A stretch of DNA of 64,000 bases from Lytechinus pictus. Lineage: Eukaryota. Positions 42,100 through 54,265 of the stretch are shown in pieces. The notes beneath the pieces were generated by a model that was not told where the DNA came from, did no database searches, and saw only the letters and a list, made by a program, of their open reading frames with translations. The position numbers and the translations under genes are program-made. The DNA lies in NCBI RefSeq assembly GCF_037042905.1, contig NC_087245.1:5706001-5770000 (forward strand), in the 5' to 3' direction. Each line of letters begins with the position of its first letter. Position 1 is the stretch's first letter.

Positions 42100-44670
42100 A
42101 GAGATAGGGGCACCCATAGATGAGGAGTGGGGTATTACATAATTATCTGAAAATACTTCCTACGTGAGAAGAAAATATCTTGAACCTGTAACATTAAAAA
42201 TATTGGTGCTCGAATTGCTGCGTGCTGATAGCAGCTCACTGTTCGTTCGTATATTGTTTAGGAAATCTGATAGTCACTTAGAATTCTTTGAGAGTTTAGA
42301 ACAAGATCTCGAGAAAGTATTTGCAAAGTCATGCAATGATAGTATAATTGAGGATTTTAACTGTTACATGTTAACTGATAATAATCTGTCAAATAAGTAA
42401 AAGAAAATATCTATGTATGGCCGTGCAGATGACACAGGTTATATCTGAACCCACGAGAGTTACACCTAACAGTCAATCACTTATTGATTTAATTTGCATT
42501 TCTGACTCACTTAGTAAAAGTGTCATAAAATCAGGAGTACAAATAACAGGTTTAAGTGATCACTATGTAATATTTCTTGTAATTAAAGGTAAATATCAAC
42601 CTCTTTCTCCAAAGACAAGCAAATTTCGCTCGTTCAAACATTTTGATTTTGACACATTTTAAGAAGATATGAGCAATTGACTGGAAAGAATTTCATTCAT
42701 CTGGTCAGGATGTAGAAAAAACATGGAGGTTGTTTTAAAAATACTCTGATGGAAATTTGTGATAGACATGCCCCATTCACATCAGTGCGTCTTAAGCAAG
42801 GAGTTGTACCATGGATTAATGAAGACTATCTGAATCTAGCACAAGAAAGGGATTACTGTCGAAAACAATTAAAAAAAGATCAAATTAATATCTTGGTGGC
42901 AAAAATTTAAGCATTGTCGAAATGGAGCAAACAATATTATTTGAATAAGCTTTTGAAAAAGAATTAATATCAGAATGAATTTCAAAACTGTGTTAATATT
43001 CAAAAGAATTGGAGAGTTATTTCAAGACTTATACCAAACAAAAATAAGAAAGAAAATAATGATATCAAACTTACAATGGGAAATGAACAGATACCTACCA
43101 AACAAATAGCCAATGTTTAAAACAAAGCCTTTAATGACGTAGGACTGAGATTACAGACTCCTTTGGATAATACATCAGTTGATGCATAAAGTAGTTTACA
43201 AACATTATCTTTACTCGAATGTGAATCTAAATTCAATGAAATAAAAAAAGATTATAGAATACTTGAATGAAAACAAACTTCTAACGAATTTCCAGTCAAG
43301 TTTTAGACTTTGCATTCTACTACTACATGTCTAACAAAAATTACATAATATTTTTTTGATAAAATGGATCAGCGGCGAATGAACTAAGGTATTTTCCTCG
43401 ATTTACGTAAATCGTTTGATGTTATACCATACAATTTCATTCTTGGAAAACTGAAGTATTGGAAATTAATGGTATCAAATGTGATTCAATGAAATCATAT
43501 TTAACAGACAGGTGACAGTTTGTCGTAATAAATAATTGTATTAGTGAAAGTGCAAAAATTAGATCAGGCGTCCAATAGGAATCCATATTGGGTCCATTGA
43601 TATTTTGCATTCTAAAATGTGTCTTTATGCAGATGATACTGCTCTGTTCTGTCATGATATGGAAGTTCAAAAACACATGACAAGTGATTTTGATGTTATC
43701 TGTATATGGCTCAACTTTAACGGTATGCATTTGCATCCAAAAAAGACAAAAGTCATGGCATTTAGTCATAGGAAAAGATTGAAAAATTATGCTTTAATGA
43801 TAAAATTTGGAAATGATTCCATAGAAAATGTAAATTTATGATCAAATACTTGGGTGTAACACTTGACTCTGGCATGACAATATCTCGCACGATAGGTTGT
43901 ATAAAGAGAATCAAACAATTCCTCCCGCCTAGGATTCTTAAGAATTTATACTTTGCCATGATTTTACCTTACATTCGATTATTGTTGTACATCTTGGGGA
44001 AGCTGTGCAAAAACCAAAAAATTAAAGTACAATAACTGCAGAATAAGTATGCCCGAATAGTTTTGAATAATGGACTATTTTACTCCCCAACATGAATTGT
44101 TGTCTACACTCAAATGGCAAACAGTGGAGGAAGGTATCAAATATCAATTTTGTGTTCTTGCTTTCAAAATACAAAACGATTTAGCCCCAGCCTATCTGGG
44201 ACCACTTATCTGCAAACGTATGATGTAACTTATAAAACACGATATTCCGAACAATGTCCCCTTTAAACACCCTGCCCTAGGACGAATTATAAAAGAAAAT
44301 CTTTTGAATATGTTGCTGCCGTCGTATTTTATTCTCTCTCTTGTGATATACAAAAATGCACGTCCCTCCATGCATTAAAAAACCCACTGTAAATCATTGA
44401 AATTCTGACGGTCATACATGTAATTGCACTGAATACCTTGATGTAAATGTAATGATTCCATGAGTAATTGTTGATTTCACTCTATATGTATTTAATGTAT
44501 TCGGTTAATACTTTATTATGTGTTACATAATTATATACATTGAATTGCTATGATTTTGAGTTATTTGTTAAACTGCAGGGCGCCTTAGTAAAGCAGTTTT
44601 GCCAAATGAACAGGCCTACCCTGCAGCATAAAATAAAGAAAACAATAAATGAATAAATAAATCAATAAAA
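42100..44670 (+). mobile_element. Decayed CR1/L2-group LINE ORF2 and 3' tail
   Basis: EDFNC, EPTRVT..SQSLIDLI, GLSDHY, PWIN, FLDLRKSFD, GSILGPL, LYADDTAL, IKYLGVTLD; tail GCAGGGCGCC...CCCTGC with (AATA)n. Confidence 0.9.
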
Positions 44671-44695
44671 GTTGGTTCGGATACAATATATATAT

Positions 44696-44733
<38 letters not shown>

Positions 44734-44737
<4 letters not shown>

Positions 44738-45088
44738 CAATGGTAGGCGTAGCTTTAATCAAGGTTCCCCAGAGCTATCTACCCTTTGGAAAAATTGGTG
44801 ATGCCGAAAAAATGTCTCTGACAGATTTTCGACACTATACCAATTACCACCCGACAAAGGAAATTATAATTGGTATAGTGTCGAAAATCTGTCTATCTGA
44901 CGGTCAATCGGATCGGGGTCGCCCTAGCCACTAACCCGTCTCTGTGGTCTAGTGGTTAAGGCACCGGCGTTCAAAGCTGGGGGCCCGGGTTCGATTCCCG
45001 GCAGAGACATTTTTTCGGCATCACCAATTTTTCCAAAGGGTAGATAGCTCTGGGGAACATTGATTTAAGCTACGCCTACCATTGTTCT
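44734..45088. repeat. Palindromic (foldback) element carrying a tRNA-like gene, embedded in (TA)n
   Basis: 87-bp arms 44734-44820 / 45002-45088 (2 mismatches); inner perfect 27-bp arms 44820-44846 / 44867-44893. Confidence 0.9.
44938..45009 (+). tRNA. tRNA-like gene, 72 nt class I cloverleaf, anticodon TCA (opal suppressor-like; functionality unknown)
   Basis: Acceptor GTCTCTG/CAGAGAC, D arm GTCT/AGGC, anticodon arm CCGGC/GCTGG with loop GT-TCA-AA, variable GGGC, T arm CCGGG-TTCGATT-CCCGG, followed by T6. Confidence 0.7.
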
Positions 45089-45154
45089 CTTCATCCATTT
45101 CTTTACAATATTTAAATAAAAGAGTTGCCAAAGCTGTTGTACATGTATAACTTT

Positions 45155-45218
<64 letters not shown>

Positions 45219-45221
<3 letters not shown>

Positions 45222-45757
45222 TGGCGTAACTACGGGGGGCATGGGGGCACGTGCCCCTCCCCCCTCCATCAGCTGGCAAAAATAAGGGTAAAAGAATAAA
45301 AAGAGGGAGAAAAAAAAGAAAAACGTAGTGGGGGATGAAGAAATTATTGTATATTATATTATACTATGTTATATTATTATATACTATGTTATAATATATT
45401 TATTACATTATATTATATTACTTAGGAAATATTTTTCATAAATTTATGAAACATAATTTTCTTAGGGCCTATGTGTTCATCATTCCCGGTGCTCGCATTG
45501 TCTGTTTAATTCCTGTTGTACTAAAACATCCCGTTTTCAAGTTAATATCCACCAAAATAGGCCTATATTTCCAGTGATCATTGTTTTATGTAGTGGCATA
45601 ACATTATGCTTCTTTTTCATGATTACCTAAAGTGATTGCCCCCTTTTAAGGTCTGCACTTACGTTCGCGTTAGTGGATTGGTGAGATATGTTAGCTCTTC
45701 ATAAATTCCTAAAAAACATTCTTAAAATGTCCCTTTTTCTAGTCTGAATATCGAAAA
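45219..45757 (-). mobile_element. Partial inverted copy of the right end of the 37541-40227 hAT family
   Basis: Starts CAGTGGCGTAACTACGGGGGG, the reverse complement of the 40227 end, and stays collinear with ~39730-40227. Confidence 0.85.
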
Positions 45758-45862
45758 TTATATATATATATATATATATACATACTAAGACATCAGAAAT
45801 GCGAAACAAATTCACGAGTAATGCAGTTTTTGAAGTGCCAACAATTAAGTTCTTTTATTCAC

Positions 45863-45907
45863 TCTCCCAATTTTCGGTATATAGACATCTACCTTCTTCA
45901 GGGAAGA
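45863..45907 (-). ncRNA. Minimal type I hammerhead ribozyme-like motif in a probable Penelope-like pseudo-LTR remnant (~45780-45910)
   Basis: Minus strand TCTTCC-CTGAAGA-A-GGTA(GATGTCTATA)TACC-GAAA-ATT-GGGAGA, followed by AATAAA; flanked by (TA)n and TACA repeats. Confidence 0.55.
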
Positions 45908-46860
45908 TACATACTTATATACATACGAATACATACGAAATTTAGCGGGAGAAAAATATTTTGAGGCTTTCCTAATTCTTGGTTTATATATTTTGGTTAA
46001 ATGCTCGAGAACTCATATCTTACTACAATTTATTTGCCAGATTACACTTGTCAAGTAAAAATAAGCAAAGAAAGGGTTATAATTAGAAATTCATTTCCCC
46101 CTGGTGCGCTTATTTGACGACACCATACTGACATCTATCGATCGATCGAGCGCTGACGCGCGCGACGTATGACGTGGTCACGTGACATGCATAGATCTAG
46201 TCCGATATGATCTAGTCTGATCGATCTGCACGGTGCGGTTGCACATGTATGACGCGCGCTGTATGTATACAGATCATGTACAAGATACAGACTGTATACA
46301 CCGGCCTTATTGACGGTCGAGCGCCGTCGCGTCGTCGTGTCGAGCAATAAACAACGTAACTTAGTAATAGTAGGTGAGTAAACTCTTAAGAATTAGATCT
46401 ACGCCTACGGTAGTACCAGTACCGTTTGTATACCGTATTTAATATTAAACATTATTAAAATTGATTGTTTGTACTCTATAGACCATCGCATCGGTGCTTC
46501 TGCCCAAAAAAGTGGATTTTTTCTAGTTTTCGCGGCGATGTTCGTGGATTTTGAAAACATGTCTTTGCGAAAAAAGGGCACTTTCGTGAGCCGAAGACGA
46601 AGTCGGCAGCCATATTTCCCGGAAATCGAAGCCAATGCTAGGATCGAAAAGATGATAAAAAACATGAAAACTACGACAATAAATAACGCCTCAAAATGTA
46701 GCTGTAGTGTAGCGCCCTAAGACTTCGCCGTTGCGTGAACGCTCGCTATTTTCACTACCGCCTTACCGGTACCGTAGCCGTAGGCGTAATGTACCGTACC
46801 GTACTCATGCGTTTGCAATTAACTGCGCACTTTCTATCTTAGCATCGTTAGCTTAGCCGG

Positions 46861-49800
46861 TGTAGCGGCGGATTTGGTTCCACCGGCGGATACCGTATCC
46901 GCCGGCAGATATCGTTCTAAATGGCCGATATCGTTTTTGATCGGTACCATATCCGCCGGGTTTGACGCGGCTTGATGTTTGCAGATTTGGTTCCTCGGCG
47001 GATTTGGTTCTATTGATTATACGTGTAATATTGATTTGGACAGACAACCTCGGCAGCGCGCGCATGCGCAGCTCGGCAATGTCGATCGCAATGCATGGGG
47101 GGGGGGGGATTTTCGTCCGCCTTTAGTGAATTTTTATTCAGGGGCGGATCCATACAGCTTTTGACAAAGGGCTCGATGGGGGTGAGGATTAATAGGAGTA
47201 ATAATGTCTCGATATGTATTACGTAGACCTAGCTGACACATACGCAAAACTATGCTATTTATTATTATAAGATTTTGATGAAATTTTCATCATTTTGTTT
47301 TGTGAATTTTTATACTATTTTCAGGGACTCGATTTTAAGGCGCGCGAGAGCGATCGCGCGCTACATGCGCGCCTTAATCCATTTTTGGTAGCGCGATTAA
47401 TAGCGCGCCTCGCGATAGCTGATGACCTGCGCGAAAATGCCTAAAGTCGCCCTCGAAATCACCCAAAATCATGCTTTCGGGAACAACATAAAATCTGAAT
47501 GTCGCCCCCGAAATTATTGCCGAGTGATAACAACTCAACGGCCCACTAGTGCCATATGCTCGAGCTCCGCTTACCATTTAAAAACCATCCAAAATCCACA
47601 CTCAAAATCACGAATAAGCCTTAAAAGTAGCGAGTAGCGCAGTTTCAAATTCCGAAGTTGCGTTATTTTTTCTGTACCACGTATTTCCATACACATGGTA
47701 TACCAGGTATGGAAAAAAAAAATCAACGCAACGGTCGGGAAAGAGTTGCATGTCTAGGGGTCCATTATGACTACCACCGTGTGCCATTTCGAATGCACAT
47801 GTTTCCCCTACAGATATCACAATTCTGTGATAAAATAATTCGAATTACACAGGAAATAAATCCCAGAGTCTAGTAACCTAGCATTGGTGAGTTGTCATTC
47901 GGCTTTGCTTTTCAAAACGGCTTATTAACTTCCAAAATAAGTTAGGGCCTATCTAATTTATCAATTATAACTAAAAAATCATTTGTTTTCTTTTTCTAGG
48001 GGATGAGGTATTATATCAGACAATAAATCATCAAACAAAGCTCCATCTTTTTTACAAGGACGGCGGCAGGCTCACGCATTGGCGCTTTTACTAGCTAGCC
48101 AGTTGGAGCTCTGTCTCTCTGCCAGAGCTCTGGGGGACAATTCGCTCAGTAAAGGCCTCAATGATGGTGATTTTCTGTTTCAGACAGAGTTTACATTTCA
48201 GGAATATTATTCAAAACTGCCAATAAAGTTTGATGATTTCTTCATTGTCATGTATATTTAAGTTCTTAATGAATACATTCTCACCAAATTTAGACTCCCC
48301 CATAGAGAAATTAAATTTTCATGGAGATCTGCGTTTTCAAAGAACTTCAGGAAAAGTTAGGGTTTGTGGGCCTTTATTACATGTACATGGCTGACTAGGG
48401 TATTGTACTGGAATAAATGGAGTAGAAATTAGATATTGAATTCATTTATATCCAAGTCCAACTCACAGTCACACACACACTCACAAACCCACACACACCC
48501 ACCCATCCACACACACCCACATCCAAGATTCTAAACATGATAAATAACTTTAAAAATCATACAATATTAAACAAAAAATAATAATTCCTTAATAAGTGAA
48601 CAGGTATTCCTCAAAATACAAAAAAGTAGCATTTAAAAAGAGCCCCCGAAATTTGACAAAAAAATTAAAATGGAGCCCCCGAAAAAAAAAAAAAAATTGT
48701 CAGTGACTTAACTTTTAGCCAAAGTCAAAACCTAACTAAAACAGGTTTTACAACACACAATGTAATTACAATACATTGTAAAACAATTATAAATACTTCC
48801 TTTGGTTGTTGATTGTAATTTTATAGTACATACATTTCCTCCATCCATTTTGTTAATTGGGCAAAAAGCTCCCCTTGTATGTTGAAGAAGAGCTTTTTGA
48901 AGTGCTCCTCTACCGCTCTCCTTAAAAGTTCTAGGAGAGCTTTTTATTGCTCCCCTTATAATTATAAAACCGAGTCCCTGTATTTTCAGTCCGCAGTATG
49001 CATCGATCTCTTTAACTGTGCTTTTTCACACCATGTTTAGTGTCAGTTTGCCAGACTGTTTGGCGAAAATTTGCACCCCCATATAGGCCTATAGGTTTTT
49101 GAAACTACAAATTTTTAGAAAAATTTCAACAAGTTAAAATTTTCATATTTAAAATAAATGATTCAAATTAGTGTATGAAAATATTTTTTTTGCTGTTAAC
49201 TCATATTATTGCCTGTAGAATGCTAATTTTTGGTGAAAACATAAATTTTTTATTTCTAACAAACATAAAAAAGGAATGTCAGAACATGATTAATTTCTTA
49301 TGTAGTTTATTGAAGGCCTATTTTTAAATTTTCATGTATTTTTTTAAATTTGTTTTTTTCATTCTTTTTTTTCAATGTTAAGGAATCTGAATTAATTTAT
49401 TTGATTTGATTTGATTTATTGTTTTTTTCTGCATCCATGGAACATTCGTATAATACATTTTCCATAACATAATAAACATGATATTATGTTAGCATTTTTG
49501 GCATGAATCATAAATAAAGTGTACTAAAAAAATTATTCCAGACAAAAATGATTAACTACCAAATTATTATAGGCCCTATGATATTCACAATTTGCAGGAG
49601 AAGGATTGTCATCATAAGCAGTTTGCTTGTTCATGACAATCCCAAACTAAAACTAATTAAATTAATTTATGCATTAATAAAGCAGAATGGGCATATATTT
49701 TTAAATACGAAACATCAATTCATGCAATATTTTTAGTATGAAGATGAAGATGATAAAGGTGAGGGTGACGGTGATATGATGATGATGATGATTGAAGGGG

Positions 49801-51056
49801 ACCGGATCAGATCACCCTGACAAAAGTTAGATACGCCACGTACTGTTTGGTGCTCCCTAATTTACCTCTCAGTCATCTAATTTTAAGATCAATATGGGAT
49901 CTTTAGTGAAATATAATTTCTCCTTTACATCTTTTGTTTCTTTTACTTTACCCCCTCCTGGTTTTCATCTCTTTATTTTCTTTGCCTTTCTTTCTGTCCC
50001 TGCTCATTTCGCCCCTTTTGCCTCTTTTCCAGTTTCCTATATCGTTCTTGCACATTATGAATATATCTGGGGCGTATACGCGTGGGTAATATAGCACCAA
50101 AAAGGAGAAATAGAAAGAGGAAGGGGAGGGAGAGAAAAATAGAAAAAATATACGAGAAAATGTGGAGGAAATAATAGTAATACATTGGAATTTCGTAATT
50201 CAAGAATTTCATTTGCAGTGATCATTATTTATACAAATTTATACAAATACTGATTTTAATTATCGAAACTGCCATTGTTTGTCTTTATTTAATACTCTGT
50301 ATTAATCATAATTGATGCATATTGTGCCCAATTTATCCCCAAAATTGTGATAAGAAGGACTTTTCATACTGCAATAAATTAATAGGTATAAAATAAATTA
50401 ACAAATGCATGTTATTATTTAGACTACAAGCATTATCATATCATGGGGTAAATTCTTTGTATACTAGTAGTGCAGTAGACATTGAAAGTTGAATGAAGAC
50501 TAAATGTGGACTATTTAAAGACCCAGACCATACCCCAAAAGTTGACAAATCAGTCAAATCGAAAGCTATTAATTCAAACTAAAAACAGAAATGCAAGTTT
50601 TATGCAGTCATCGTTTACAGCTGAATATTTTGCTTAAGAATAACTCCAATTATCGGGTTTCGAAAATATACTTTCTTGTAAATATGCTTTCACCGGCCTC
50701 GCACCGAGACCGTGACGTCATGTAGTGTTAGAAGTGGTGTAATTCCCGTAGAGTTGTAACAAGAAAATGGGTTATTTTCCCCTTTCAGATTACGCATTTT
50801 ATTTCTTCACTTCTATCACATAGAGATATCATAAATATATTTTTCTGCAAGCTTTAATTGATGAAATCTACCGCTTTTGACTAGTTTTCTCGTACCACGT
50901 GACGTATGTGAATGAAGGATATCGCGATAGCGCAAGAACGATATCTTCCGAAGAGAGTGGCCTTTCTTGGTACTGAATCCGCCGGAGTAGAACACGATCC
51001 GCCGGCGGATTTTGTGCTTAGAACAGTATCTGCCAGGCGCAGGATCCGCCGGTACA
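46861..51056. mobile_element. Non-autonomous Ginger1-type DNA transposon (TGT...ACA, CCGG target duplication) with nested insertions
   Basis: CCGG|TGTAGCGGCGGAT...ATCCGCCGGTACA|CCGG (12/13 TIR match); subterminal CGGCGGAT and GATATCGTTCT motifs at both ends. Confidence 0.7.
47322..48980. mobile_element. CAG...CTG TIR element (hAT- or P-like) nested in the Ginger-type element
   Basis: TIR CAGGGACTCGATTTTA / TAAAACCGAGTCCCTG; TATTTT on both flanks; no coding capacity seen. Confidence 0.65.
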
Positions 51057-52375
51057 CCGGCCTTAGGCTTAGCGCGCCGTTTAAAATAGTCAACAAAAAG
51101 TTAGACTAACGACTAACGTTAGAGGTGAATTTCAGCTGCCTAGCCCTAGCCCTAATCTCACGGAGCTCGCGGGAGGAATTCTTTTTACAAGTCATGATAT
51201 GTCCTATGGATTAAAATAGAGGTCTAGTTTGTGCAAAATAGTTTAACAGCCTAGGCTACAGGATGGGAATAACCGAAAGCGGCCGCACACCGGTGACCAG
51301 GGTGCAACTAGATCTATTATAAAATAGCTGTATTATTTCAAGCATCGCGATTGGTCAATACGCGTCACATGACATCCAACTTTTTTTGTGCAATGCACGG
51401 TAGTGCAAAAGGTGTGCAACGAAAATTGACATTGCACGCTCGAGCAAACCAGTGCGGTAGAAGTCCAACAAAACTGTACTGTAACTTTAAAAAAAATTGT
51501 TTCTGTGTTGCTATTTTATAAAACAAATAATGCACTTGCTCTGTCGTGCGTAAAAGTAAATGCAGAGAAAGCTCGGTTTCTTCAGATGGAGCACACTGGG
51601 CACTCGCCGCAAGCGGCTCGTGCACAGTGCGACTCCTATCTAAAGAAACCTCGCGTGCTCTGCATTTCCACTAACGCACTCGGCTGCATGCATTATTTGT
51701 ATACTATACCCAGTTGTTGTGTGTCCGGACAGGTTGTGTGTCCAGACGAACAATTTTTGAAAGTAGGTCCTAATTTGGAAGAATTTACAAGTTAAGTTTC
51801 CATCAATTTTTAGTACAAAATGTTAGGAAATATTAATTATTATAGAGAACAAAATAGAAGATGATTACAACTATTGAATTCATATTTGCGTGTGTAATCC
51901 AAAGACAAAAAAGAAGGCTTCAAAAATATGAAGTGTCCGGACACCCGACCCCCCATCCTACTACTAGTACTCATCTAGACCCTAGTCTAATTAGATATCT
52001 AACGTTAGACTAGGTCTATAATTAATTAGTCTATATATAGGGCCTAACGTCTTAGGCGTGGCTGGCGCTGCGCTGGAACGACATGCATCGCTTAGATCGA
52101 TCCTAGGCTAGATCTAACGTTAGATCTATTACGGTTAGATTCTAATTTACTTTTGTTACTTTGTTAGGCCTAGCCCAAGCCTAGGCTAGATCTAACGTTA
52201 AGGGTTTAATCTAGCCATAGCCTTTATTTAGGCCTCCTAGACCTAGGTCTAGACTTATAAACTAAAAACATTGCCCTAGTCCATGTCCTAGAATAGATCT
52301 AGACTATAGGATATGGCGCCCTAGCCTTTACTCTTTAGGCCGAGATCTAGACGCTACCTTGATTCTAGGACTAGG

Positions 52376-52576
52376 CAGGGGCCGCGGAACGGTTTTCAAA
52401 GTGGGGGGCTGAGCCAAAAGTGGGGGGGGGGGGCTGACCATGCAAAAAAATCACAATCCTAGGCTATGGTCATTTTTATGTTTTTGTAGGACCTAGGGTA
52501 ACGCGCCCGGCCCCTACACGGTTTTGGAAAAAAAGTGGGGGGCTGAAGCCCCCCTCCCCCGCTTCCGTGGACCCTG
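52376..52576. mobile_element. Small poly-G MITE, sister of 25887-26036, carrying extra micro-insertions
   Basis: CAGGGGCCGCGGAACGGTTTTCAAAGTGG...TTCCGTGGACCCTG. Confidence 0.8.
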
Positions 52577-53127
52577 GATTCATCAATGAATCTTTGCCAA
52601 TATCAAGATTTTTTCTTTTTTTAAAGTATGAAGATGCTCACGAGGAATTATTTTACTAGCCACACAAGTATCAGAACTTGTGGGAATACATTAATCAATT
52701 GCTACATTTAGAATTTCCGAAAACTTGGTCCACTCTGTAGCCTACGTCAATACAAACATTGTCCTGATCATGAGAAATCTCATCTAGATCTCTAGACTCT
52801 AAATCTAGATTTAGATCTAACAGTCTAATTTCGGTCTAGACTCCTCTAGTCCTGATTGGGCAACCTCCTCGACTAGTTCAAGTCTTTTTTAACTTTTGCA
52901 GTGACTCCATTTGATTATTTTTCTATTTAGGTCTAGATCTAGTTTATCATCTAGATTTCTAGGCCTATGTAAAACTAAAATCAATGCCCAATTCGTGTTT
53001 GTATTAGGTCTACTAGACCTTGATCTAGAGTCTATTTGGAAATATAAATCATGTAAATTTGTACCTTTTGTCGAATGTAATTAATAAATTTTGAATTCGT
53101 CCAGATACTATTTTATATAGTCAGAGT

Positions 53128-54265
53128 CATGGCCCTGGGATGCGGGGGTGCTTCAGCATTCCCAAGGTTTACCTGGGGGTGCTGCGTGTATCATTCTAAT
53201 GCCCCACCCCTTTCTTTCTGCTTGTCAAAAATGGCCTTCATTTTTTAGTGAAAGTTTTTTTTTAAATAATTTTTGCTTGTCAAATTTACATCACCCCAGT
53301 TAAACTATTGTTCCCAGGGCCCTTCCAAACACCCGAACATGTATCCCCCCTCTAATCCTGTATAGGGATGGCACAACCTTGTCATAGGAAACATCAGCTT
53401 ATGATAGATTCTGAGCTGAAGATCCAGTGACTAAATAGATGTTTCTTTATTCGGATCGAATATTTTCCCGAAGGCATAATGCATAATGCTACCTCAAGGG
53501 CCTGTTGCAGAAAGATTTGCGTTTCAATACAACTAAAAATCAATTACAAGTCACTAACCGTGTATCATATTGGTATAAGTAAAGTTTTTATGACTTTTGA
53601 TGGTAAGTCTAGCTTTTTGCAACGGGCCCGAGCAATACCGAAAATACCGAAGAGGTCACGTGCCTCGAATTTTCAACAATAAGGAGAAAAGAGCGAGGTT
53701 GGTGTGTAAGGTAAGGGCCACGCCCATTTTCTTCTCCATGTTTCTCACTGGTTTAATTTACCATTTTCATTTTTTAATGTTTTTATTTTTCGATAGGGGG
53801 GGGGGTTGACATTTCCTTGATATCCCTACATGTAGACACGCCACCCTTCCGCACTCTAGTGCTTGTAGAATCATTTGGTGTCATGTGAATCATACACCCT
53901 AAGATTTACTATGCACCATGGAGTTGGAACGTGGCACTAAATAGGCCGGCCGAGTCATGAAATATCCATTGGAAAGTGCTATAATACGACAGTGGTGTTG
54001 ACCTAACACCGTGAATTAATTCTACAGCGTGTCCCAAGAAAATTTTAATGGCAATCTAGGTGGTATAATATTAGAATTACAACAATATATTGCTTATATT
54101 CTTCCTACGCCCGTAAACTACAATTCATGATTGTTAGATCTATTTAAGCATGTTAAGTGATGCAAATTATATTCATTCACGTTCAGCCATGGGCATAAAT
54201 CAGCAAGGATTTCCCCCTTTTCAGGACTTGGGGATGACCTATTAATTCGACCCTGTGATTATTAA
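53128..54265 (+). repeat. Copy 2 of the diverged local duplication (copy 1 at 2822-4155)
   Basis: Collinear with copy 1, including the same three MITE insertions at the same positions. Confidence 0.9.

Noticed and set aside
44938..45009. Selenocysteine tRNA
   Set aside because: 4-nt variable loop and standard 7/5 stems do not fit tRNA-Sec architecture.
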